From contig JAUWQV010000002.1 in NCBI GenBank assembly GCA_030610945.1, positions 28,633 to 92,632 on the forward strand: a stretch of 64,000 nt of DNA. Reading direction: 5' to 3'. A model generated the notes under the pieces. The model was not told the DNA's origin. It was given only the letters and a program-made list of their open reading frames with translations, and did not search any database. A program made the position numbers and the translations under genes. The stretch is from Methanocellales archaeon. GTDB taxonomy: Archaea; Halobacteriota; UBA148; JAUWXC01. Shown in pieces: positions 48,024 to 56,583 of this stretch. Position 1 is the stretch's first letter. The number at the start of each line of letters is the position of its first letter.

Positions 48024-49214
48024 TTAGCGCCTGCGCCGATATAGGTAGTATCCAACGGCTGATACAGCGATGATTACAATGATCGACAGGAGCGTTGATG
48101 GTAGTTCTACGGGAGTCTCAACGATGTCGATAGACACCGCATATGCTCCGGATTCATGAAATCCTCTGCCGTCTTTGTACGTCACTTTAAAGCCGATGTT
48201 ATGAGTTCCAAACGTTAGGTCTGACGTGTCAACGTCAAAGTTAGCTGAAAATACGTCATCTGGCTCCATCGTGCCTATGAACGCCTCTGAGGGTGTAAAG
48301 CGCCCGTCTGTTATGGGAACGACACTGACACCCGTAATGTCGCTTGACCTTGCATTTACAACGTCCAACTCAATCCTGGCGGTATCGCCCTTTGCAATCG
48401 ATGTTGGGTATTCGGCCAATATCAGTTTAACTCCAGAGCCTTCTCTTACATCTATAGAACACGTTAGACTTTCAGAATGGGGGTTATCGCCATTTTTGTA
48501 GGTTAGCACAAAGGTAACGTCTTTTTTACCTAGAGAAGTTGGATGTAAGGTAAACGTGGCAGTGGACTGCTCATCTGGCTTCATTGCACCCAAGAAAATC
48601 TCGGCAGGAGTGAACTCAATGCCATCTGCTGTTGGGGCTATGACCGTGCTGTTAATCGAATTCGGTCTTTTGTTTGCGATGGTTAGCTTCACCTTAGATG
48701 CATCGTCTTTCAAAATTACCGATGGTACATCAGATGCCGTAAGGGATACACTCGAGCTGTCTACTTTCACTGGTATCGGGTACTTGGCGCTTCTTCCACC
48801 CAGGACATCGATCCAGACCTCCGGGAAGTATGTATCCTCCTTGGCAGGAGCTTCTATTGTAAATGTGATTGTGATGCTCTGGCCAGGTCCAAGTTCGCCA
48901 ACGTTTCTGTAGTTGCCGCTAAGAACGGTCAGCCCGTGGCCGAACAGGTATATACTCTGAATATCCGCGTTGATTGTTGTAGTAGTGGTTGTGGTAGTAC
49001 CGCTCCCTCCTAGCGTGTATGTACTCGTGTCTACCTGTGTTGCTGTTGCCGCCGTATTTGTTATCGTGATCTTGATTGTGCCTATGTCACCCGGCATTAA
49101 CACCTCTGGATTTATCTGATAGCCCGTGACCACAACGGTAGGGGTATCCGCAATCGCGATTGCTGGTATAAGAAGTGCTGCAACGAGCAAAATGCACAAT
49201 ATTCTACTTTTCAT
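48024..49214 (-). CDS. Secreted multi-Ig-like (COG1361/CARDB-like) surface protein with C-terminal TM anchor
   Basis: 396 aa. Signal peptide, repeated beta-rich modules (PGD.G.I..TI.N, PG....ITFT), a Thr8 run, and a C-terminus LLSIIVIIAVSAVGYYLYRRRR. Confidence 0.6.
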   Translation of the reverse strand: MKSRILCILLVAALLIPAIAIADTPTVVVTGYQINPEVLMPGDIGTIKITITNTAATATQVDTSTYTLGGSGTTTTTTTTINADIQSIYLFGHGLTVLSGNYRNVGELGPGQSITITFTIEAPAKEDTYFPEVWIDVLGGRSAKYPIPVKVDSSSVSLTASDVPSVILKDDASKVKLTIANKRPNSINSTVIAPTADGIEFTPAEIFLGAMKPDEQSTATFTLHPTSLGKKDVTFVLTYKNGDNPHSESLTCSIDVREGSGVKLILAEYPTSIAKGDTARIELDVVNARSSDITGVSVVPITDGRFTPSEAFIGTMEPDDVFSANFDVDTSDLTFGTHNIGFKVTYKDGRGFHESGAYAVSIDIVETPVELPSTLLSIIVIIAVSAVGYYLYRRRR

Positions 49215-49257
49215 AGTTCTCCTCCTTTGAATCGGTTAAAAGCATCTAATTCTTCCA

Positions 49258-49671
49258 TCATCCTAATTTTGCCTCGATTGTCGTTATCTTCTCCTTAATT
49301 TTCTTCAAACTTGCTTTAAGCGTCGCTTTTTCTTTAGGATTTAGGCTAGCGATATCACGCTCCACATTATCTAATACGACGATCGATTTATCCACAAGGT
49401 GCGATATTATCTCGCCTTTATCCACAAATCCCTCTAGAAATGCCCCCATCAACTGTGTGTGCTCTTGCATTTTTTTACTATCAAAATACCGAAACAGTAT
49501 CTCTCGACCTTTTGCCGTTATCTTGTACTCTTTCTTGCCACCTATTGCCTTTGCAGACACACATCCTTTCTCGCTGAGCTGATTAAGCGCTGGGTACAGA
49601 GACCCTGGACTTGGTTTCCAAAGACCATTTGTCCTCGTTTTGACTTCCTCTGCCATTGCCGCCCCATACAT
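49258..49671 (-). CDS. PadR-family transcriptional regulator (annotated from first ATG; real N-terminus probably upstream)
   Basis: MYGAAMAEEV...GSLYPALNQLSEKGCV...KEYKITAKGRE is the PadR wHTH. The conserved helix-1 sequence RGILKFCLLKLLSERN is encoded in frame upstream of the ATG (see finding). Confidence 0.8.
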   Translation of the reverse strand: MYGAAMAEEVKTRTNGLWKPSPGSLYPALNQLSEKGCVSAKAIGGKKEYKITAKGREILFRYFDSKKMQEHTQLMGAFLEGFVDKGEIISHLVDKSIVVLDNVERDIASLNPKEKATLKASLKKIKEKITTIEAKLG

Positions 49672-49839
49672 ATTCCTTTCAGAGAGTAATTTAAGCAGGC
49701 AGAATTTTAAAATACCTCTTGGAAGCGTATCCGGCGACAGGATGTCTTCGTGTATAATATCACATCCGATTATCTCATCCGATATTGTAACTTGCCCTCT
49801 TATAAATGTGATGCCTCGAGACTGGGCACTTTATATTGA

Positions 49840-50613
49840 TTAATCCACCTCAGTCTTCTCAAATAAATATGCACCTATGCCGACCATAACAATACAAAAG
49901 CACAGCAATACCAGGAAGTCCACAAGCAAATTAAAATGCGAGATGCCGATCAAGCACCCCCTTAAGCCATCAACCCCGTAGGTTAAAGGATCGATGTAAG
50001 CCAAGGCGATTAACCATGTTGGCAACCCTTCCAGAGGGAACAAGGCACCAGATAGAAGGAAGATTGGCATTATCACGAAATTCATAATTAATGAGAATCC
50101 ATGTATGTCCTTCATCCTGGATGCAATTGCTATGCCCAGACCTACAAAACCAGCGGAGATGAGAACCATAAACACCAGTGAGGAAAGAACCCCGAAAATT
50201 CCAACGATCTTACTTCCCATTCCAAGGGAGATTAGTAATATCAGGATTCCTTGGATCAGCGCCGTTGACACTCCGCCGAGAATTCTCCCCAAAACGATCG
50301 ATACCCTGCTGACCGGTGTGACCATTATCTCTTTTAGAAAGCCAAACTCCCTATCCCAGAGGACGGAGATTCCAGCCGTCAAAGAGGCAAAGAGCAGAAT
50401 CATTCCAATGACTCCTGGTGCAAGAAAGTCGATGTAATTGACGCCAGGAGGCATACCTGAAAACCTGACGTTCATAAAGCCGGTTCCGAGAAATGCGAGG
50501 AAGAAGAAAGGCATCGCTAACGAGCCGGCGATTCTGCTTTTCGCTCTGAAAAATCTTTTCATCTCCCTGAGCCACATCACGTAAATCGCCTCTAAGTTTA
50601 TCAGTTGTGCCAT
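49840..50613 (-). CDS. ABC-2 type transporter permease
   Basis: 257 aa, 6 TM, typical ABC-2 layout. 13-nt overlap with the ATPase gene. Confidence 0.8.
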   Translation of the reverse strand: MAQLINLEAIYVMWLREMKRFFRAKSRIAGSLAMPFFFLAFLGTGFMNVRFSGMPPGVNYIDFLAPGVIGMILLFASLTAGISVLWDREFGFLKEIMVTPVSRVSIVLGRILGGVSTALIQGILILLISLGMGSKIVGIFGVLSSLVFMVLISAGFVGLGIAIASRMKDIHGFSLIMNFVIMPIFLLSGALFPLEGLPTWLIALAYIDPLTYGVDGLRGCLIGISHFNLLVDFLVLLCFCIVMVGIGAYLFEKTEVD

Positions 50614-51596
50614 CTTCGCCTCATCCTCTCCCTTACTTGATCTTTTACGCTGGTCTCCTCTTCCCTGATAGTCTTACCGACATAGTGCAAGAAAACGTCC
50701 TCCAGTGTGGGCTTGCGCAGACTCACTGACTGCACGACAACGCCTGCTTTCTGTGCAATATTCATGAGTTCAGGAATGCGTGTTTCCCCATTTTTTACGC
50801 TTAAATCCAGGAAACCGTCGTGTTCTTTCATCTTTTTTATCCACTTGAGTTTACCCAACATCGCGACGAAATTGTCTGCTGAATTGGAAATTTCTAAAGA
50901 GATGATGTCCACGCCGATCGAGTACTTCAGGTTTTTTGGCGCATCCAGGGCAACTATTTTTCCATAATCGATGATGGCAACCCTGTCGCAGAGGTAATCC
51001 GCCTCTTCTATGTAATGTGTTGTAAGGATTATCGTTATGTCCTCTTTTTTGTTTAGGTTTCTAATGTATTCCCAGATATGTCTCCTTGTCTGGGGATCCA
51101 AGCCCAGCGTCGGCTCATCTAAAAACAGAACCTCTGGATGATGCATCAATCCTCGCGCAATTTCCAATCTCCGTTTCATGCCTCCTGAATAATTTTCAAC
51201 CAAGACGTTTGCCTTGTCCTTTAACTCAACCAAGTCCAAGACTTCACTCATTCTCTCCTTTCTCAACTCCCCATCCATGCCGTACATCCTGGCATGGAAG
51301 TCTAGGTTCTCCTTGCCAGTGAGCCTGTTGTCCAGACTGGGGTCCTGAAAGATGATGCCTATACATCGCCTCACTTTGTCTGGGTCCTTTGTTACATCAT
51401 ATCTGGAAACTTTAGCTGTGCCACTGGTTGGCATCAAAAGGGTTGCAAGCATTTTTATGAGCGTGGTCTTGCCGGCACCATTGGGCCCTAATAGGCCAAA
51501 TAACTCTCCCTCCGCGATATTGATACTAACGTGGTCTACAGCCACTAAGCCGTCGAAAACTTTGGTCAAACCGTTAATCTCGATTGCATCCGCCAT
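50601..51596 (-). CDS. ABC transporter ATP-binding protein (DrrA/CcmA-like)
   Basis: Start moved to ATG 51596 (MADAIEINGLTKVF). Walker A GPNGAGKTT, signature YSGGMKRRL, Walker B LFLDEPT. The ORF-track N-terminal 29 aa look non-coding. Confidence 0.9.
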   Translation of the reverse strand: MADAIEINGLTKVFDGLVAVDHVSINIAEGELFGLLGPNGAGKTTLIKMLATLLMPTSGTAKVSRYDVTKDPDKVRRCIGIIFQDPSLDNRLTGKENLDFHARMYGMDGELRKERMSEVLDLVELKDKANVLVENYSGGMKRRLEIARGLMHHPEVLFLDEPTLGLDPQTRRHIWEYIRNLNKKEDITIILTTHYIEEADYLCDRVAIIDYGKIVALDAPKNLKYSIGVDIISLEISNSADNFVAMLGKLKWIKKMKEHDGFLDLSVKNGETRIPELMNIAQKAGVVVQSVSLRKPTLEDVFLHYVGKTIREEETSVKDQVRERMRRRWHN

Positions 51597-51606
51597 GCTT
51601 CCAACA

Positions 51607-51631
51607 CTATAAAGGTCGCTAGGTATAAAAC
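51607..51631. promoter_or_regulatory. Divergent promoter region with two TATA-like boxes (CTATAAAGG, GTATAAAAC)
   Basis: The 59-bp spacer between divergent ATGs 51596 (-) and 51656 (+). The boxes lie ~25-35 nt from the start codons, compatible with leaderless transcripts. Guess from sequence only. Confidence 0.3.
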
Positions 51632-51655
51632 ATTTCAATTGAATTGAAACAAGAG

Positions 51656-52486
51656 ATGATAGAAACACAAGCCCACACCACACTTTCCGACCTCCTTGCT
51701 GGCAAACTCAGCAAAAAGGAGCTGAAACTCCTGCCTAAAGGGTGGCAGATTCTCGGCGATATCATAATCGTCAGCATCCCGCCCCGGTTGGAAATCAGGA
51801 AATGTGTGATTGGCGAAGCTCTTCTCAGATTTTATCCAAGATGCAAGGCCGTGTTGATGATTAAGAGGATTTCAGGCCCGTACAGGGAGCCTGATGTCGA
51901 GGTAATTGCTGGCAGTGGCACGGAAACAACCCATAAGGAGAATGGATGCAGATTTAAGCTGGATGCCTCCAAGATCATGTTCTCGCCTGGCAACCTGGAC
52001 GAAAGAAAAAGGATGTCTAAGCTTGGCAAAGACGAGGTAATTGTAGATATGTTCGCCGGAATAGGATACTTCTCAATTCCCATGGCTGTCCATTCGAGAC
52101 CGGAGAGAATCATCGCAATCGAGGTCAATCCCCTTGCATATCGCTATTTGTGTGAGAATGTTAAACTCAATAAAGTGGAAGATATTATCTCCCCTATACA
52201 TGGAGATTGCGCCATAAAAACGCCAGTTGGCATTGCTGATAGGGCTATCATGGGCAATTTTGAGGCATCTCACTATCTGGCGCATGGAATAAACGCGCTT
52301 AAATCTGGTGGCATTCTTCACTATCACGAAACCACACCCGAAAAACTCGTTTTTAGTAGGCCGATTAAGAGGATTACAAGTGCTGCTAACGAACTGGGCA
52401 GAGCACTTAAGGTGCAAAGGTGCAGAAAAGTCAAGAAATACTCTCCTGGTGTCTGGCATGTTGTCGTTGATGCGCAAGTATTTTAG
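51656..52486 (+). CDS. Trm5/Taw2(Tyw2)-family tRNA methyl- or aminocarboxypropyl-transferase
   Basis: ATG 51656 (ORF track uses TTG 51644). Met-10+ domain: FSPGNLDERKRM, VVDMFAGIGYFSIP, EVNP. Confidence 0.75.
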   Translation: MIETQAHTTLSDLLAGKLSKKELKLLPKGWQILGDIIIVSIPPRLEIRKCVIGEALLRFYPRCKAVLMIKRISGPYREPDVEVIAGSGTETTHKENGCRFKLDASKIMFSPGNLDERKRMSKLGKDEVIVDMFAGIGYFSIPMAVHSRPERIIAIEVNPLAYRYLCENVKLNKVEDIISPIHGDCAIKTPVGIADRAIMGNFEASHYLAHGINALKSGGILHYHETTPEKLVFSRPIKRITSAANELGRALKVQRCRKVKKYSPGVWHVVVDAQVF

Positions 52487-52497
52487 TTTCGGACCCA

Positions 52498-54096
52498 ATG
52501 TATGATAAGATGGACCAATTAGAGACTATAATCGATAACGGGGAAAAAGAGAACGTAGAGTTCAAGGAATTCCTGAAAGAAGACGTGCATCTAAAGGATG
52601 ATAGGCGCCAAGGCTTAGCCTGCCAGATGAAACACAGACTGATTATGGGGCACGGCACAGCCATATATGTACTCGGCGTAACTGATGGCGGGTCGCTAAA
52701 TGGCATCTCGCGCCCTACGCTTGAGGAATCGTTATCCGTTTTAAACTGCATCGCCATAGAGGCGGGTGCAAAAGTCGCCGATTGCAAGGAATATACGGTT
52801 GATGGAGGATATGTCGCTCTTGCTACCATCAAGAGCCAGGTTGCGGCTAAAGAGCACATACTGGTTGGCACAGCAGGACATGTAGACCATGGAAAGAGCA
52901 CGCTGATAGCCTCTTTGGTCACCGGGATGCAGGACGACGGCTCTGGCAAGACCAGGATATTTATGGATGTGCTTCCGCACGAAATCGAGAGGGGGTTGTC
53001 TGCGGATTTGTCCTATGGAGTATACGGCTTCTGCTCGGGCAAGACGATCAGGCTGAAGAATCCGCTGAGCAAGAAGGAAAAAGCAGGCGTCGTTGAATCT
53101 GCTGAAAAGCTAATTTCGTTTGTGGATACCGTTGGACATGAGCCGTGGCTAAGGACGACCATAAGGGGAATCGTCGGCCAGAAACTGGACTATGGGCTGA
53201 TTGTGGTGGCGGCTGATGATGGCGTGACGCATGTTACGAGAGAGCATCTGGGAATCTTGCTTGCCATGGACCTGCCCACGATCGTTGCCATTACTAAAAT
53301 TGATAGGGCAAACAAAGAGAGAGTAGCAGAGGTGGAAAGGCATATCTCAGATGTGCTGAAAACGGTCGGACGAATACCCTTGCGCATAAGGTCCAAATCC
53401 GATTTGCACATCCTCTCTAACAAATTGAACAAGTTGAGTGAGGGTATAATCGTGCCTGTCATAAGGACATCTGCCGTTACAAAGGAGGGTTTCGACATAT
53501 TCGACCAGTTGCTGTTCCAGTTACCCAAACGGAATGCAGAGAATGCAAAACCGTTCCAGATGTATATAGATAAGGCATACCAGGTATCAGGCGTCGGAAC
53601 GGTCGTGAGCGGTTCGATTAAACAAGGGGAGGTAAAAGTAGGCGACCAGTTGCAACTTGGTCCGACCTCAGATGGAGAGGCTATCTCTGTCAAGGCCCAA
53701 TCCATCGAGATGCATTACTATAGAATCGACAAAGCCAGTGCGGGAGATATTGTGGGGATTGCACTCAAGGGTATTTCGCCAAAGGATATCAGAAGGGGCA
53801 TGGTGCTTTGTGCTGACGATCTCAAAGCAGTTAGAGAATTCGAGGCAGAAATCCTGATATTGAATCATCCCACATGCATAAAGTGCGGCTATGAACCGGT
53901 TGTCCACATGGAAACCATAGCAGAGGCGGCCACATTCAAGCAGCTGGACCGCGATTACATGATGGCAGGGCAAACCGGACTGGTGAGAATGCGATTCAAG
54001 TTCTGTCCCTACCATGTACATGAAGGGCAGAAGTTCATCTTCAGAGAGGGCAAGAGCAAGGGGATTGGGCGCGTTGTAAGGGTTTTTGGATCATGA
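52498..54096 (+). CDS. GTPBP1-family translational-type GTPase
   Basis: 532 aa. G1 GHVDHGKST, G3 DTVGHE, G4 TKID, EF-Tu-like domains II/III, and a ~130-aa N-terminal extension. Confidence 0.8.
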   Translation: MYDKMDQLETIIDNGEKENVEFKEFLKEDVHLKDDRRQGLACQMKHRLIMGHGTAIYVLGVTDGGSLNGISRPTLEESLSVLNCIAIEAGAKVADCKEYTVDGGYVALATIKSQVAAKEHILVGTAGHVDHGKSTLIASLVTGMQDDGSGKTRIFMDVLPHEIERGLSADLSYGVYGFCSGKTIRLKNPLSKKEKAGVVESAEKLISFVDTVGHEPWLRTTIRGIVGQKLDYGLIVVAADDGVTHVTREHLGILLAMDLPTIVAITKIDRANKERVAEVERHISDVLKTVGRIPLRIRSKSDLHILSNKLNKLSEGIIVPVIRTSAVTKEGFDIFDQLLFQLPKRNAENAKPFQMYIDKAYQVSGVGTVVSGSIKQGEVKVGDQLQLGPTSDGEAISVKAQSIEMHYYRIDKASAGDIVGIALKGISPKDIRRGMVLCADDLKAVREFEAEILILNHPTCIKCGYEPVVHMETIAEAATFKQLDRDYMMAGQTGLVRMRFKFCPYHVHEGQKFIFREGKSKGIGRVVRVFGS

Positions 54097-55032
54097 TAGC
54101 CCATACGACTTCATCAAAATATCCGCATTTAACCTGCCGAAGCGGTATTCTTTACCAGAGTTAATCTCCTTTACGCGCACCTTCGCTGGCGCAAAGACGT
54201 TGGGGTCTATTTTGTAAAAGTCGCCGCCGGCATCCCTCAGGATATCGCAGAACGACCTTCCGTAATCCCTAGAGCATTCTGATGGCAACTGTTCGAATAC
54301 ATCATCAAATTCATCCACGGTTAAAACGACCGAGCCATAGTAGATTATGCTGTCATTGGCGGCGCCCATGATAGCCATTTCATCATCCTTCACGGGTGCA
54401 ATCGGGGCAGCGCCGGAGGCATTCAAGATTTTGGTCGTATCATATCCAAGTTCATCCAGTTTATGCAGCGCCGTTTCCACGACCCTGCCAGAGATCTGAA
54501 TCGAGCCGACCAGCGACGAAACTGGCGCAACCAATGCGATTAAATTTTCCGCCTTTATTCCACAATCCTCTGCGATATCCTCCATCACGTGCTCATCTGG
54601 CAATTTGCTGGCTTCCAGAGCAATGACGCCGTACTTACAATCATCTTTGTAGTGGATACACTCAAAAACATCTCTCGGTTTTCTGGCAAGTGCCCTCGCA
54701 GGTCCAGACCCCATCGCAACGTAATCGCCAATCTCGATTTTCCAGCCGGCTTTTTGAGAGCCCAAGCAGGCGATTGCAGCGTGTTCTGTCGCAACGTCGA
54801 TAAATGAAAACGTTTTGCCTTTGATGGTACCATTTCGTATCGCAACTTCCCCTAATCCGCCCATGCATGCTTCTATGAACAAAATTCCTGCATCGCAACT
54901 GCCAGGCGCGTTGACGCCGCAGTCTATCACCATCGAGTTATTGGGAAGTTTGTGCACTCCAATCCTCAACTCATCTGCGCGAGCCAGCATTTTCTCCACA
55001 ATTTTAAACGCACGCTCATTCACACTTATCAT
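54091..55032 (-). CDS. mch: Methenyl-tetrahydromethanopterin cyclohydrolase
   Basis: 313 aa. Full-length similarity to the Mch family as I recall it (N-terminal ..VN..A..IV..M....EL......L.NG..V.D.GV...G). Confidence 0.9.
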   Translation of the reverse strand: MISVNERAFKIVEKMLARADELRIGVHKLPNNSMVIDCGVNAPGSCDAGILFIEACMGGLGEVAIRNGTIKGKTFSFIDVATEHAAIACLGSQKAGWKIEIGDYVAMGSGPARALARKPRDVFECIHYKDDCKYGVIALEASKLPDEHVMEDIAEDCGIKAENLIALVAPVSSLVGSIQISGRVVETALHKLDELGYDTTKILNASGAAPIAPVKDDEMAIMGAANDSIIYYGSVVLTVDEFDDVFEQLPSECSRDYGRSFCDILRDAGGDFYKIDPNVFAPAKVRVKEINSGKEYRFGRLNADILMKSYGLS

Positions 55033-55036
55033 GGCA

Positions 55037-55663
55037 TCATTCCAGAATCGCGCTCACGTTATCCCAGTCATGCTCGTATATGTGCGCTGAGATACTATGA
55101 CTCGTTATAGTTCCGGGTTTTGCACCAATGCGCTTTGCCACATATTCTAACAACTTTGCCAGCGCATACCAGTTGTTGGGCGCAGCGCCATAGAAATCGT
55201 GCGACCTGAATACCGTAGTAAGATTTAACGAATCCCTGAGCTTAAAATCGACCAGCATCATGCACGGCACTTCGTTTGACGTCGTGTCCTTCGAAGGCAT
55301 CCAAGTAATACATATCACCCTTCTGGAATTCGGCACCTCCTTGAGCTTGCGCACCGCATACTCAATCTGGTCTATTCCGTTCCAGTCGCGCAGTCTCTGC
55401 CCGTACGTGTACGTAAAGTCCTGAACGTTTTTGCCTGTAACGAATTGCTTGGCGTATTCATCCAGCCGCTCTTCGTTCCAGGGGCTGTCCTTCGGAATCA
55501 TGTCCTTATACGGGTTCTTGATGACGATGACCAGATTCAGCAGCTCTTTGGTCTTGCTGCCCCTCTCGTCCTTCAGCATGTCTCCGTGATACCATATTAA
55601 ATCCAAGCCGCGATACCACCCATCGCTGATTGTAGATGCCCTTATAAACCTTCCAACCGTCAT
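55037..55663 (-). CDS. thyA: Thymidylate synthase (archaeal ThyA type)
   Basis: Start moved to ATG 55663 (MTVGRFIRA...), forming an ATGA overlap with the upstream stop. RRVICITWMP, VPCMMLVDFK (catalytic Cys), FRSHDF. Confidence 0.85.
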   Translation of the reverse strand: MTVGRFIRASTISDGWYRGLDLIWYHGDMLKDERGSKTKELLNLVIVIKNPYKDMIPKDSPWNEERLDEYAKQFVTGKNVQDFTYTYGQRLRDWNGIDQIEYAVRKLKEVPNSRRVICITWMPSKDTTSNEVPCMMLVDFKLRDSLNLTTVFRSHDFYGAAPNNWYALAKLLEYVAKRIGAKPGTITSHSISAHIYEHDWDNVSAILE

Positions 55664-56583
55664 TTTATCTCCTTCTCCACATTTTTTGCCGCCTTCACCA
55701 TATTGGATAACTTTGCAAACGCTGCCTCTCGCGTCAAATTTCTCAGTCCGCAATCAGGGTCAATCCATATATTGTCAGCATCTAACTTTTCAACCGCTTT
55801 CCATATTCTTTTTTCTATTACCTCGATTGGCTCAACTTTGGCATCGTTTGAGTCAACGCATCCATATCCAACTTTAATTCCATGCGCTTCGATTGCTTCG
55901 CGCTCTATAGCGCCAAGATTATCCACCCTCGTAAACTCGTGGTCCAACACACTTACATTTAACTCAAGGAGTTTTTGGAATATGTCGCGTACATCACCAC
56001 ACACGTGAACAACAGGCGTCTTTACGCCTTCTATCATTTTGTTCACGGCCTGTATTCCGGTTTCCAGGTCCACTCCAACCGAGAAAACCGGCTCATCAAC
56101 CTGAATGACTTCCGCTCCTGCTTTTATCAGCGCCCGCATCTCCATTGCCTGCGCATCAGCAATATCATAAATCAGCTCCGGGTCATCGTTGGACTTATAA
56201 GGTGCCCCTTCGTTGACAACACTGGCATACGCCAGTGTAGACGGTCCCGTGACAATGCCCTTCACCTCGCGTTTCGCAATGTCCCTTGCAAAAATATAAT
56301 CATCTACAGTCGTTGGCTTTTCTGGAGGTGTAATCCTGTCCACTATAATCGGGCGCCCAGCCCGGACCTTAAATCCTGGAATATTTCTTGCAAACAGCGT
56401 GACAAAATCAGCCCTGACCTGTCCATCTGAAACCAACTGGATGCCTGCATTGACCTGATCTTTCACTGCCCCTTCTATTGCTGACCTGAATGGGTCTCTT
56501 TCGCCCTTTATCAATGCATAGACGTCACCGATATCTGGCTTGGCAGGATAGCTCCCTACAACCGTTGTGACAAAACTTGTCAT
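55660..56583 (-). CDS. metE: Core (folate-domain-less) methionine synthase, MetE C-terminal-domain type (MesA-like methylcobamide:homocysteine methyltransferase)
   Basis: Start moved to ATG 56583 (MTSFVTTVVGSYP...). QVDEP, VHVCGD, IDPDCGL (zinc/homocysteine-binding His/Cys/Cys pattern). Only ~307 aa, so there is no N-terminal folate-binding half. Confidence 0.8.
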   Translation of the reverse strand: MTSFVTTVVGSYPAKPDIGDVYALIKGERDPFRSAIEGAVKDQVNAGIQLVSDGQVRADFVTLFARNIPGFKVRAGRPIIVDRITPPEKPTTVDDYIFARDIAKREVKGIVTGPSTLAYASVVNEGAPYKSNDDPELIYDIADAQAMEMRALIKAGAEVIQVDEPVFSVGVDLETGIQAVNKMIEGVKTPVVHVCGDVRDIFQKLLELNVSVLDHEFTRVDNLGAIEREAIEAHGIKVGYGCVDSNDAKVEPIEVIEKRIWKAVEKLDADNIWIDPDCGLRNLTREAAFAKLSNMVKAAKNVEKEIK

